Assembly (NCBI RefSeq): GCF_006345805.1 | Contig: NC_042997.1 | Location: 181,536,001 to 181,600,000 of the forward strand | Length of the DNA: 64,000 nt | Reading direction: 5' to 3' | Origin: Octopus sinensis | Lineage: Eukaryota | Shown here: piece after piece, positions 1-13,506 of the stretch | How the letters are laid out: every line of letters starts with the position of its first letter | Position numbering within the stretch: the stretch's first letter is position 1 | Notes under the pieces: model-generated | Seen by the model: the letters and a program-made list of their open reading frames with translations, nothing else | The model's database searches: none | Told to the model about the DNA's origin: nothing | Made by a program: the position numbers and the translations under genes

Positions 1-957
1 TTTGTAGAAGACCCCAGCTTGGTCCTCCAACCACGACGTGACTTCAGAAATCAAGGCTGCATCATCAGGGAAACGCTTTCCTTTCAAAAACAGCTTCATG
101 GCTGGGAAGAGGTGAAAATCAGAGGGTGCAAGGTCAGGAGAGTAGGGGGGATGGGGGAGGAGTTCATAGCCGCTCGCCTGTGCTTCTGATCTGGCGACAT
201 GCGAGTTGTGGACCGGAGTGTTGTCCTGCAGGAGGAGGATGCCTTTGCTGATCTTGCCCCACCTCTTGATTTTGATAGCTTCTCTTAATTTCCTCAAAAG
301 TGAAGCATAATAGGCTCCTGTAATTGTGGTACCCTTTGCCAGGAAATCTGTCATCACTACTCCGTCCTGGTCCCAGAAGACTGTGAGCATGACCTTGCCA
401 GCGGAGGGTTGCACCCTTGCCTTCTTTGGAGGAGGTGAGTCACGGTGCTTCCACTGCATTGACTGGGCTTTGGTCTCTGAATCATAGTGATGGACCCAGG
501 TTTCATCCTGTGTAATCAGTCTTTTGAAAAATTTTGACTCATCTTCTTGGCACATCTCCAAATTCATCCTCAAGCACACGACGCGTTCTTGCTTCTGGAA
601 AAGTGTGAGCAACCTGGGAATCCATCTGGCAGACACCTTTTGCATATGCAAATGGTCATGAATGATAGTTTCCACAGACCCTGTACTAATCTTGACCTCA
701 TGGGCTATTTGGCGAATAGTTATGCATCGATCTTCCAAAATGGCAGCCTCAACTTGACGGACAGATGCCTCATCAATGGCAGAAGGGGGGTGACCAGATC
801 TGGGAGCTGTTTCCACAGAGTTCCGACCATGTTTGAATTCACGATGCCAGCGTTTTACAAGGTCATATGATGGGGCATCATCACCATAAGTTACTTTCAT
901 TTCATCAAAAGTCTCCTGTGGTGTGCGTCCTTTCAAATACAAAAACTCGTATATTGA
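1..957 (-). CDS. Mariner (DD34D) transposase, open frame lacking its native N-terminus and running off the window edge
   Basis: Manual translation has no stop from 957 to 1: FLYLKGRTPQETFDEMKVTYGDDAPSY..WIPRLL..ITQDETWVHHYD..GKVMLTVFWD..LLQDNTPVH..HPPYSPDLAPSDFHLF. There are 34 residues between the 2nd and 3rd catalytic Asp. First ATG at 900. Absent from the ORF track, presumably because no stop falls in the window. Confidence 0.93.
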
Positions 958-1082
958 TCAAGATAGGCCACAGTGGCGAAGATGTTGACAAACCTGCTAA
1001 GTTGTGTGGATGACTAGGCAGTCAAGGTCTTCATTAATCAGGAGGTGGCTACCTCGCGCGGCTCGTAGTGGAGAATTCGAAT

Positions 1083-1620
1083 TCATAACTGGATACATAA
1101 CCTGTTGAAAGATTTTCTGATAAATTGGGATATTGCGGGCATCAGTATCCGGAACGTTTCAGACGGCCAAATTCTTCTGTTATGTAAACTGTTAGAATAT
1201 GGAGCATCTCTGCCAATATTATTCCAGTTTATTGCAACGTTGTGTTCCCAGACAAACCAGGACAGGAAAGAAGACAGAATTCCCATTTTCTAGATCTAAA
1301 GGAGTACATATACTTAGCATAACATCCCAAGAAATTGTTAGTGGTGGCTGCGTTTATTTTCTTTGAATGCCGACAGGTTGTATAAATGATACTCGGTATA
1401 GTACTTTCTCATCTGGAAGACGTAGGACTTCGCAGCTGACATGGCTAATAGAGTTATGGTTCTGTGTAAATATGAGTTTCCGATTGCGATAATTATGGAA
1501 GTGCTATTGTCTTGGCAACAGTAGCTAACTACACACTTAAGATTGTGTGCATTAAAGTGCTTTTAATATTTGAATGCTGGTTGGGAAGTGGTGTCTAACA
1601 AAGGATACAAAATTCCTGAG
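1083..1620 (-). pseudogene. Degenerate Penelope-like retroelement, GIY-YIG endonuclease region
   Basis: ORF 1083-1286 LSWFVWEHNVAINWNNIGRDAPYSNS..SETFRIL resembles the Penelope EN C-terminus pattern (LSxYIW..IxWxI..AxPY..CxLCxxEK). Upstream HFNAHNLKCVVSYCCQDN resembles the 'FN..LKVSYSCMxN' linker. Confidence 0.55.
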
Positions 1621-1907
1621 CTTCACTACTATCATAAGGTTTTGACATAACACCTGTCTTTTCCTATACACTCTGAACAACTATATAACTTCCTTAAGAG
1701 ACGGCAGTGTACACTAAATTTTGAAACATTACCAAATAGAAAATCGCCCAAATACAAACAAAACGGAAATAACTCGTCAACATATGATATTAAAAGAAAA
1801 TAATAATCATCGTACTAAAAGTAGAAGACTACGCGGACCGCATTGCTATCCGTATATCTTTTACTTAACGCTTGGAAATAGTGAGTAAGCACATCATAAA
1901 ATATATT

Positions 1908-2114
1908 TCTTTTATTTGTTTCAAGCATATTAGACTGTAGTCATGCTGGGGGACCGCCTTGACGGATTTTAGTCGAACGAATCGGAACTTATTTTTTTCA
2001 AGCCTGGGACTTATTCTATCGGTTCCACTTACCGAACCACTAAGCTACAGGGACCTAAATATCATTACCAGTTGTCAAGCGGTGGTGGGGACAAACAGAC
2101 ACACACATACACAC

Positions 2115-2166
<52 letters not shown>

Positions 2167-2320
2167 CGATAGGCTTCTTTCAGTTTACGTCTGTCAGATC
2201 CACTCACAAGGCTTTGGTCAGCACATGGCTATAGTACAAGACAAGGTCTGTGCAGTGAGACTGCCCTCGAACCGTGCGGTTGGGAAACAAACCTCTTGCA
2301 ATACAACAACGCTTGCGCCT
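1908..2320 (-). mobile_element. tRNA-derived SINE, family B (internal CA/TA microsatellite), degenerate
   Basis: Similar to the copies at 22899, 25728 and 37020 (gactg..catgctgg..accgcc; gtcaagcg..ggggacaaacac; atccactcacaaggctttggtc). Confidence 0.8.
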
Positions 2321-3348
2321 GCATGTAATAATGCATGTTGCTTTTGTTAGGAATAATCTAAGAGCTGAACGGCACCTTTCCTTTCACACTTTTCAAACAA
2401 CCCTTCAGCCGTCTGCCAACACAAAATGCGGTTTCTGCCCCCAGAAACAAGCTTTCTTTACTTGACAACAAGGTCAAGGTAAGCTCTGATTGGCTGTATG
2501 CAAATGAGTTCATTATTGGGATCCAGAACTCTCGTGAGAAAAAAGAAATTCGCCGCCGGAAAGGCCCGATTCAAACTAGTGAGGTTTAACTGCGTAACGA
2601 TGAAAGAAAATTTTGTTGTGCAATAGACTTATTCTACAATGTAACCAGTCCCATATTTGACCAATAATCAAAGGTTGTTTATAGTCAGAAATGGCAACTA
2701 ACACCTTCACATTTAATTCTGATTCAAGGGGCATGACATTTCTCTATCGTTTATATATTATTCACTAGAAAAGTTCCCCTTTCCTCTCTTTTGGGAGTAG
2801 GGATACTGAGAAGTATAATTCAAAATAAAGTGCAGGTTAAAGAAAAGTTTGAATCTAGTTGGAATTTCGTAATTTGTATTGATTATTAATGATTTTCTTT
2901 AATGATTTTTATATACTTCCTCATTAGTTCTTTATATTTAATTTGAAATAATAACGTTCGTTATACATATGACAGGCGAACAGAAAACTGGTTTCTTTCT
3001 AAAGTGAACGGCAAATTTGGGATGCGCATGTGTTAAGTGACAGGTGATTTAACAAACTTAGTTCAATTTCTTTAATCTCACCATCACAACATCATCTCTT
3101 TGCTAAAATATTCCTAACTCTCTTCTATGTCTCTGCCTTCAACTAACTTTTTTAACTACGTAAAAAGTATTACGTTCCCCCTACCACATGTCGTGGACGC
3201 TTCTCCTGGTTTTTCTTTTTCTCTTTCTGCCTCACTATTTGCCTTATCCTCTTTTTCTCCCTCCCTCTTTTCTTTCTCTTCCTTTTTCTCTAATCACGTG
3301 AAAGCGTTACCGATATGACAAGTAATGACAAGTAGAATTATTATAAAA

Positions 3349-4055
3349 CTAGCTGGCCCTGTGCCGTCAAAATGACAGCTAATCTTCTTTATATATATAA
3401 AAGAGAGGTGTGTGCTGTCTGTCTCCTACGATTTAGATTCCTAACTACTCCCACATTTTGCGGTGCAGTTTAACCAAAACCGGGTATCTTATAGTCGTGA
3501 TTCATATCGAGCCCTTCTGCGTATTAGCGCGCGTCTACGATGAGTCTACGATTAAAAAAAAAAAATTACCATCATTTTTTCCATTTTAATGCATTTTTTC
3601 GCTATTATATAAGGGAGTTAACTCTCTAAAAATGTCTACGATGAGTCAACGATTTAAAAAAAAATTACCATAATTTTTTTCCCCTTTTTAATGCATTTTT
3701 TCCTTTTTTTGCTATAACTCTCTAAAAATGCTTATATAGTTATTTCCCTTACAAGCCCGAGCAACGCCTGGCGATACTGCTAGTTATATATAAATAAAGT
3801 ACAAAATAAGTTACATAATCACAGATACAAACATTCACATATTTCCCTTGTATACGTACACACATATACTCAGCCAGAGTTGAAACGTTGTTTGATTTTT
3901 CTTTTCAGCGTTGAATATTCACCATCCCACTTCCAGATTGATATCGTCTCTTCCTGATCCATTTATCATCCTTCCTTCCTTATTCGTCTATCACTCCTTC
4001 CTTTATCATTCATATGTTGTGACAGAAAAAAACACAAGAGTATTATTATAGTAGA
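3349..4055 (-). mobile_element. Non-autonomous Helitron (host of a nested Helitron)
   Basis: On the minus strand it starts A|TCTACTATAATAATA at 4055 and ends with hairpin GCTGTCATTTTGACGGC followed by CTAG|T at 3349-3352. Confidence 0.75.
3383..3783 (+). mobile_element. Non-autonomous Helitron, nested
   Basis: 5' end A|TCTTCTTTATATATATAAAA; internal ~100-bp direct subrepeats (gtctacgatgagtc..); 3' hairpin CCCGAGCAACGCCTGG then CTAG|T at 3780-3783. Confidence 0.85.
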
Positions 4056-5330
4056 TCCTTTCTACCTATAGGCACCAAGCCTGAAATTTCGGTGGTGGTA
4101 GGGGGCTAGTCGATTACATCGGTCCCAGAACTTAACTGGTGCTTATTTTAACGATCCCGAAAGGATGAAAAGTAAAATTGACCTCTACAACCCCAGCACT
4201 ATAAATGCAGAATTAACAACATATTGAAAAGGTGACCTGTGATTCTTTACAGATTTGAGGTACAGATGTTCCTAACCAGAGCTGTTAGTTATTCAAGAAC
4301 ATCCTATATCGGTCGCTGAGGATCTAATAAAGACGTGGCTACAATCCATTTTGTGGTCCAAACAATTCCAACCTCTTCCCCACTCCACAAAACCCCAGTT
4401 TTTCTAGCATCAGTTCAAGTACGTTAAATAAAAAAGGAAGCAGACAAGATCTATATCATCCTGAGATTAAACAAAAAATCCACTGTACGTCATCAATTTC
4501 TATGAATATTTTTGCTATGTCTGTCTGTTCACTACGCACTGATGATCATGTGGCTGTACAATCACACTGGACTTAGAGCAATCGCCTACTTATTAGCCTG
4601 CAGGCGATCAGGATAAATCTCAGTTGACAGTTTGGCTTAAATTTCGCGAGAAAAGCGGTTCTGTTTGCATTATTTATCGTAGTAAGATCACGGTGAATTT
4701 TTTTTAAATGCGTTCACAACCCCATTAATGACAGGTTTCATTGTAATTCCTGGCACAAAATTTTCTCGAGAGGCTAATAAATATATAATAGCATTTCCTC
4801 TTTTACTCGTTTTTCCTCTGTTTAACTAAACACCACCTGTATAGCCGACTATTTATTTCATTGACTTCTACCTCCGGTAAGAAGTAAATCTCATGCGTTT
4901 ACATCATACTTTAACATCATATACAAGTAGCAAGCGTTGTTGCGAAAACATCATTTCTCGATGAATTCAGCTCTCGACATTATGTTTCAATTCCTAGCTG
5001 AAGTAGATTCAGTTCATTAATTAAATACTAATGGAAAAGGTATGAATTTCTACCTGCAGTATGCAGTTTCTTTTTTCTTTTCCTTTCTTGTGCTTCTGTA
5101 TTAGGAAACTACTTATCATCTTTACCCAAGCTCTCTATGCATCTGACTCATTTCTTATTTGTCATCAAACTTAGATCTCGACTCATACCTAAACTAGCAC
5201 CAATTCCTTTGCTCAGTCATCTCTGATCAAGTGCAGTCTCCTATAACTCAGACCATGTCTATTTTTTCCTACAGACATCATCTTTCAGAACTGGATGTTG
5301 AATTCCAACGGTATCACCTTATCAGATAAT

Positions 5331-5564
5331 TAAGGCGGCGAGCTGGCAGAAACGTTAGCACGCTGGGCTAAATGCGTAGCCGTATTTCGTCTGCCGTTAC
5401 GTTCAGAGTTCAAATTCCGCCGAGGTCGACTTTGCCTTTCATCCTTTCGGGGTCGATAAATTAGGTACCAGTTATGCACTGGGGTCGATGTAATCGACTT
5501 AAACCGTTTGTCTGTCCTTGTTTGTCCCCTCTGTGTTTAGCCCCTTGTGGGTAGTAAAGAAATA
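5331..5564 (+). mobile_element. tRNA-derived SINE, family A, full length with 21-bp TSD
   Basis: Head GGCGGCGAGCTGGCAGAA..GAGTTCAAATTCC (A/B-box-like); central CCTTTCATCCTTTCGGGGTCGATAAA; TSD GGTATCACCTTATC(A/C)GATAAT at 5310-5330 and 5565-5585. Confidence 0.92.
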
Positions 5565-6504
5565 GGTATCACCTTATCCGATAATATAAGCAAATATCAC
5601 GGGTGCCACCCCTCGGCCTCCATTCAGTAACAAAGGATTTTTCATAATTCATTTCGACGTATCAGTAAAATTTCCTGTCTAATGAAGGCTATTATTTCTC
5701 CCAAGCGATTAATACCGTCAGTTTCATTTCGTTCCTCTACATTTCTAATTCAAATCCTGGACCCTTTAATTTTCTTTAGCATTCTTCTAGGTTCGATAAA
5801 AGTAAGCACCAGTAATATTTTGAACTTAATAACAGTCGACTATGCGCACTTCTCAGGCAAAACACGGCCTTGTCAAATGAAATCAAGAGTAATTCTGTCT
5901 ATAGAAATGGTACAGCTAGTAGAATATTGTACTTGTAAGGCAGCTGTTTCTGAGTTCAATTCTTCCAGAAGTCATCTTCCATCTTTTCATTCAGCATAAA
6001 AAAAATTTAGATATGAAAACCAAATTAAATTTTAAAAATTTAGAATAAAAATCCAAAAGAAAGAAATGATTTAAATATCTATTGAATGTATTATCTGCTT
6101 CCACTTAACGCAGTTGAGAATAAAATGCAAAACTAACTACTTTAAAGTATGTTTAGTTTCAACCTGCCTCGTTCTTCGTTCGATTTTAACTGCAATCACT
6201 TTTGTTTTTCCCCCATCTGAAACGATAATATCGCCAATAGACTAGAACTAAATACATTTGAACTCCCACACAAAAAGAGACAGAAACTGGCATTGTGCCA
6301 ATTAAACGTATATTACTGATATTTATTTCGCTTTCAATTCAGTTCCACACCACAAACAATTCAGTTTCACATCACAAACAAAACAGTACGTTTTAAAGAT
6401 CCTTTACTAGTTTTTCTTTTTACTGAATTCGATTCGAGTTCGGAACCAAAAGTGATTTAACAAAAGAACATGCACAACAGAAAGCATTGCTCTGATATTT
6501 TCAC

Positions 6505-7062
6505 TTCATCATCCTTTCGCGGTCGATAAATTAAGTACCAGTTGCGTACTGGAGTCGATCTAATCGACTGGTCCCCTCACCCAAAATTTCGGGCCTTGTG
6601 CTTAGAGTAGAAAAGAATATTTTCACTTCATAAGGCGGCGAGCTGGCAGAAACGTTAGCACGCCGGGCGAAATGCTTAGCAGTATTTCGTCTGTCGCTGC
6701 GTTCTGAGTTCAAATTCCGCCGAGGTCGACTTTGCCTTTCATCCTTTCGGGGTCGATACATTAAGGACCAGTTACGCACTGGAGTCGATGTAATCGACTT
6801 AATCCGTTTGTCTGTCCTTGTTTGTCCCCTCTATGTTTAGCCCCTTGTGGGCAGTAAAGAAATAAGAAACGTTAGTACGCCGGGCGAAATGTCTAGCGGT
6901 ATTTCGTCTGTCTTTACGCTCTGGGTTCAAATTCCGCCGAGATCGTCTTTGCCTTTCATCTTTTCGGAGTCAATAAATTAAGTATCAGTTGCGTACTGGA
7001 GTCGACGTAATTGACTGGCTCCTCCCCCAAAATTTCGGGCCTCATGCCTAGAGTAGAAAAGA
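6505..7062 (+). mobile_element. SINE family A cluster (partial copy plus dimeric copy)
   Basis: Three repeats of the catcctttcggggtcgataaattaagtaccagtt core; ATATTTTCACT recurs at the junctions. Confidence 0.88.
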
Positions 7063-7299
7063 ATATTTTCACTACACAATTGAACTTTTTGTATTAAACA
7101 ATTTATATCAAGTTGAAAGTGAAATACAAGAGAAGTGAGTGCGTTGTGACAAGAAATATCTTATGGCGCTTTGAACTTTATTGATTTAAATCTTATTGAT
7201 GCTAATCACACTAAAATCTTTTATGTGAATAAATGTAATCTATTGATGGCACTTATCCATATAAAAATTCAGCGATTTTTCATGTTTCAGAGTGCGTGA

Positions 7300-9331
7300 C
7301 AAAATGTCCTAAAAAATATTCATTTCGATCTTCAAAAAAATGTTAAAAAAATTTTTTTTTAAATGCCTGTGCTCAGTTCAATTTCATGGCATTTTACGGA
7401 TGGCGGATATATATATATCCCACTGGAAAAACGCTGCTATTGTAAGAACATTAACAGCTGCTACGGTATCTATTTCTAATATCTTGGCGAACTGAAGCAA
7501 TGTACGAAAGTGTTCTGATTAGAAATACAACGAAACACTATTCGAAGTTTGACCCGTGAAAGCTATCTTGCATCAAAACAGCAATATTTAAGTTGGTTGA
7601 TTGCTGCAGATCATATTGTGTTTTTGACACTTTTTCATTTTTCGATAGTAACTATAGAAACCGGGTAAAGTTCCGGCCTTATGAGTCCTAGAGCTCATGA
7701 TAAACTAAAATCATACAGTTTGATTCTGTTTGAGCCGATATCCGACTCAGAGGTAACTGATGCGTCGTTCATGCTTGTTGTGTTACACGCTTTTATTGCG
7801 TTACATACTGACGTAAGATAGTTGGTAATTTAAATTCTTTGAGATTTTACTAACAACAGTTGGCGAACGACTGTTTTGAAGTTGATCGTTCGTAAGCTCG
7901 AGTTTTCTGGCTTGTTTATCATTTTGTTTTACTGATGAATAACGGTAATACTTATTTTTTAAATTTCCCATGAAAGGTTTACATAGAGGGGGACATCACA
8001 AACAATGCGGACACAAAACATAAAAAAAAAATACAGAAACGTATGAAAGATGAAAAATTGTGAAAATGAGAAATGAAAGCGATGTTAACAGCCCCATCCG
8101 ATAACATCACTTACCTGTCCTTCTTTCCTATATCGGTATAAAAAACATGTAGTCCTCTAGTTTCATCCCACGTTTTTCTTCCAGTTTATATCTCCTATCC
8201 GGTTCAATCGTTTTCCTAATTAAATTATAACTTTTTTTAAAGTTTTTCTTTGAGTTATTTTTCTTGGTATTCTAATATATGATGAATAGGGGAAGCACTC
8301 CGTCGGTTACGACGATGAGGGTTCCGGTTGATCCGATCAACGTAACAGCCTGCTCGTGAAATTAACGTGTAAGTGGCTGAGCACTCCACAGACACGTGTA
8401 CCCTTAACGTAGTCCTCGGGGATATTCAGCGTGACACAGAGAGTGACAAGGCCGGCCCTTTGAAATACAGGTACAACAGAAACAGGAAGTAAGAGTGAGA
8501 GAAAGTTGTGGTGAAAGAGTACAGCAGGGATCACCACCATCCCTGCCAGACCCTCGTGGAGCTTTAGGTGTTTTCGCTCAATAAACACTCACAACGCCCG
8601 GTCTGGGAATCGAAACCGCGATCCTACGACCGCGAGTCCGCTGCCCTAACCACTGGGCCATTGCGCCTCCACTATAAGAGGAATAACGGTAATACTGAAA
8701 AGCTTTCTGTGATATGACAGTTTAAAATGCTTAACGACAAAAATATTTTGCATAAACACAAGTCGGGAGCTAACAAAAAGTGAAATGAAAATAATTGGCT
8801 GAAAATATCTTAGGTCTATGCTGAAAACCACGTCCATGACAAATTATAAACATGAAGATATATATGCCAAAGATTATTAACTTTGAATCTTGCTGTTTCA
8901 GATTAGAATATGTTCTTAAAAGAATCAAAGCAAATCCCTCTGCATAGTCATAAAGCCGGAACTTTACCCGGTTTCTATAGTTACTTTCGAAAAATGAAAA
9001 AGTGTCAAAAACACAATATGAATTGCAGCAATCAACCAACTTAAATATTGCTGTTTTGATGCAAGATAGTTTTCACGGGTCAAACTTCGAATAGTGTTTC
9101 GTTGTACTTCTGATCAGAACACTTTCGTACGTTTATTCAGTTCGCCAAGATATTAGAAATAGATACCGTAGCAGCTGTTAATGTTCTTACAATATAGGCA
9201 TTTTTCCAGTGGGATATCTATATCCCCCATCCGTAAAAAGCCATGAAATTGAACTGAGCACAGGCAGTTAAAAAAAAAATTAAAAACACATTTTTTTGAA
9301 GATCGAAATGAATATTTTTCAGGACATTTTG
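7300..9331. mobile_element. ~2-kb non-coding element bounded by ~390-bp inverted repeats (foldback/long-TIR type)
   Basis: 7300-7688 is the near-identical reverse complement of 8945-9331 (CAAAATGTCCT.. / ..AGGACATTTTG). Confidence 0.85.
8290..8672 (-). mobile_element. tRNA-derived SINE, family C
   Basis: Minus-strand head GTGGAGGCGCAATGGCCCAGTGGTTAGGGCAGCGGACTCGCGGTCGTAGGATCGCGGTTTCGATTCCC with A and B boxes, followed by a ~300-bp non-tRNA body. Confidence 0.85.
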
Positions 9332-9904
9332 ATATACAATCCTTCTGATGCGATAACATATTTACAGACATTACATTCTCATAATGAAGTCTAAATTACA
9401 CGAAGAAAAAGTTGTTCAAAGTAATATAAACAAGTAAACCCACTTTTTATGTTTTAATGTAAGCCCACATTGTATTGCGTTTTTCTATTCTGTACCGTCT
9501 TCGATCTTTTTGTAAACCTTTAGAGGTTTATAAAGAAAGCATTCTTATTATTAACTGTCGTGGCGTCTGAACGTATTTTCACTCCGACCGAGACTTTATT
9601 TTAAGTAATTACCAGAGGAAAAATTCTTTCTTCGGAGTGCTTTCAGTATGGATTTTAGTTATTTGTAGACGTCTGATTCCAATACCTGGAGATAGACAAA
9701 AGCAGTTTGATTTTACAAATACTTCAATTTATTAGCTTTCACATTTTGACGATATTTTCACATTAAAATATCTATTAGACTTCTACAATGCACCCCTCAA
9801 AACAGGAAAATAATACAACAGTGCAAAAAAAAGAAGAAACATAACACAAAATCAAACTATATCATAGATTGAGCGCTTACAATAAAAAGAAAAACTGGTT
9901 ATTA

Positions 9905-10140
9905 ACCTATTTCTTTACTACCCACAAGGGGCTAAACACAGATAGGACAAACAAGGATAGACAAATGGATTAAGTCGATTATATCGACCCCAGTGCGTAA
10001 CTGGTACTTATTTAATCAAACCCGAAAGGATGAAAGGCAAAGTTGACTTCGGCGGAATTTGAATTCAGAACGTAACGGCAGACGAAATACCGCAAAGCAT
10101 TTCGCCCGGCGTGCTAACGATTCTGCCAGCTCGCCGCCTT
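9905..10140 (-). mobile_element. SINE family A with TSD
   Basis: Reverse complement of 5331-5564; flanked by AAAAA(C)TGGTTATTAA on both sides. Confidence 0.9.
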
Positions 10141-10649
10141 AAAAATGGTTATTAATCGTTAAATGAAAATTTAATAGAAAAAGAAATTATTTCGATTAGT
10201 TTAAGAGCAATATTACTAGCACATATTTTACATAATCTATATAGCAGCAGTGTTCAGGCAACCAGTTTTGCCTCTGTTCTTACACAGACGAAGTTTTTTC
10301 AGATTTGACAAAATTTCCTGAAAACAATTGATTGGAGGAATTGTGTGAAACCAAACAGTATCTCTTTGATTCAGGATCTAATGATGAGATGGGAAAAAGA
10401 AAAAAATAATTGAGTTGAGCTTGAAGAGGTTTGGCAGGAGTTTTCGCTTCATGTCGAAACACTAACTGGAAGAAGCACTATATGAAATATTGAAAATAAT
10501 TTTCTCGATTGAGTATGGTAAAACATTGTCATATTCTTAGGGTCAAGGATTGAACCAAAACGACAAGTTAAAAAATCTAGGCATACCTCCATCTATACTA
10601 TTAAGCCCCACTATTTAGAGCAGTGGAATACGAGGGTGATGATTAGTGA

Positions 10650-11110
10650 TATCGGAAACGACTTTGGTCCCTGACCACCTTTGTATTACAGTATGGTCTG
10701 GTGGTTAACGCAGGTATGACGACAAGGGTCATGTGGTCTGGAATGAATAGGAGAGATCTGCAAATCCTCATGTTCTCCCAAAGCAACAAAGTCAAAGCAG
10801 AGTTGAGTGCAGCTGAGGACATCAAATCAAATGCTATGGGGCTGATGGTGCAGGATAATAGGAAGAGATATTATGTATATGATAATAAAAAAAAACACTT
10901 GAAGGCTTTTTGAAGAAGTGGAAAAGCCAGAAAAGCAGAGGTTAGGAAAGCAGTAGAGAGCAGCTGAGGCAGAAATAATAACAAGCTTCCCACCCATTTC
11001 ACGAATAACTCAGTCACGGCTTTGGAAATGTTGGAGGAGGTCATCTTGTATATGATGCGGATAACAAGTGAGCAGGTATTTTGTAGAAATGCCAAACCGT
11101 AAAAGCCATC
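10650..11110 (+). pseudogene. Highly degenerate RTE-like LINE fragment
   Basis: Broken AEVRKAVE..NNKLP motif resembling the EVxxAI..NNKAPG motif ahead of the RT domain. Confidence 0.35.
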
Positions 11111-13466
11111 AGCATCATTTCATGATCTTGGGACGAAGAAGCGATGATGATTGCGGAGAAAAATCTTCAGGCTGTTGGAGGAACGCAAAAAGCCGAAACT
11201 AGAAAGAAATCACAAAATGAAAGGTTAACGTCAACAGAAAACAGCAAAAAAGGCGCCCTCCTAGAAACAACACCGAAGTCCTTCCTCAAAACAATATTGA
11301 AGGCAATGATGATAAATTTCATAATTTTTCTAATATCGAACCAAGATCTAATAAACAGAAATGCACAACTGTGGAGCAAGGGGTATTCCAATGATGTTTT
11401 GATTACAGTAACTGTCGGTTTTGGAATATAGAAGATGCACAATAGACGGGATATTACTAAAATTAAAAATGAAAATGTTACAATGAAGTGAAGTAGTTGT
11501 ATCCTGTAATTTATCTAACTCACTCCATTCAAAATGTGTCAACGGTTACCTTCGAGTATATTGCAGTACGTCCGAAGAGGGAAATTAAAATTGTTTTCCG
11601 TGTTTTATTTCCTATTTAATTATGGAATATCATATCAAAATTCATTTTATGTGACTGCGTGTTTTATAAATTGGTAACACGCCTCCACCTTGATTGTATA
11701 ACACCTTTTACTTCTCTCTTAATCTTGTATTTACACAACTTATTTGTGCCACCCCTCACATATTTCTTGTGTTTTATAAAGACAAGATCATGATCGTCGT
11801 CGTCGTCATCCTCATCCGCAGCAGATGCAGTAAGGCATTGATAAATTGTTGGAAAAATGCCTAGTGATACCTGTTAGCTCACGTTAAATTTCTAACTCAC
11901 ATCCGGCCGGAATAGACTTTGTATTTCATCTTTCTGTTAAATAATTACCACTCAAATACAATCCATTCAACATATTTTCTCTTGCATTTGAATGACACTT
12001 CGACATGCCGTTGCTGGTTATGTATGCCATACTGCACATTGACCAATTGCCGATTGGATGGGTTTGCTCTCGCTTGCGTGGTTAGCTCTCGCTTTCAACC
12101 CCAAGACATAATTTGAACTTAGAAAAGAAAGAGACAGATCAGTTTCAGTATGAATTTTCATCTAATGTTCTAAGAATTCCGCCCATCCACTTATCCGAAC
12201 TGATGTTTTATTTATCAATGCTGAAAAAGAATGAAAGTGAGAACTGGCAACGGAAGGATCTGAACCCAGAAACAAACATCGGAAAGTATTTTTACCTACG
12301 CTCTGAATACGCTACCAATTCACTGCCTTGTAGGCGACTTTGCCAATCTGCCGCCTATTCTACTATTGGAGTCGATTTAATCGATTAGACCCCTCCCCAG
12401 CAGATTTGTTGGTCGTGTACTTATGTTAGAAATCAATATTATATCCGATCAGCCATTCAGATTCTGATATTTTTGTTTTAAAAAAATCATACTTTTTTTT
12501 TAATAAGGAAGAAGTTTTATCTACACTGGAGGGTTGACGGATAAGGTTGGTGCTGTAGGGATACATATATAACTGAACTATACAGAGATAGACTTGGAGT
12601 TCAGATTTTTTTTCGTTACATTGTCTTTGTTATGTTAATACCACAGTAAACAAATAGCACAACTAACAGCTGCATTTCAGTATAGGAAACTGAAGCTGTT
12701 AATTTAGGGCACAGAAATAACAATATGTAGTATGGTTATGTAGAAGGAGTGAGCTGAAAGAGTTAGAAACATAAGCGGCAACAGGAACAGTGCTATAGGA
12801 TATAGCGATCATCAGCAAGTTTATTGATTCAGGCTTTCACGAGAAAGAGAGAGAGATATGCAAAAACAGCGCCAGCAGGGTATCGACTATGAAGCAGAAC
12901 GTCTGCTTTGCTCTATTTAATATCATTGCAGCTCTAACCAGGAATATGTAATTGCAAATCAATGAAATTGAATGGATTATCTGCAGTTTATAACAACCAA
13001 CTTTATTTTAGTCTTCCAATTCGAAACCGTCAGAATAATAATTTCTCTTGAAGATCTACCCATCCATCCATCCAGCCAGCCAACCAGCCAGCTAGCCAAC
13101 CAGCCAGTAAACCAGTCAGCCAGTTAGTCAGCCAGGCAATGGAGGCGAAAGACAGACTATATATTTGTAAATTAACGAATCTAAATGTGAGAAAAAGAAA
13201 AATGATGGAGAGAATAAAATAGAGAAAAATAGATCGAAAGAGTGTGTCTACATGTGTGAGAAAGAGAGGGAGAAAGAAAGAAATATAGAAAGATTAAGGT
13301 AGAAAGAAAGATTAAAGAGAAATATTAATATGAGGGAAAGACATAGGGAGACACAGACAGAGAGAGAAAGGTGTAAGTGAAGGGGGAGAGTGAGGGAGAA
13401 GGTGGACGACACACAGGAAGAGATGTAGCAGCAGGGAGAGAGAGAGAGAGATAAATAGATAGATAA

Positions 13467-13506
<40 letters not shown>

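Noticed and set aside
547-870. 107-aa plus-strand ORF
   Set aside because: Antisense shadow of the mariner transposase.
8595-8672. tRNA gene
   Set aside because: tRNA-like head continues into a SINE body; no clean acceptor stem or terminator.
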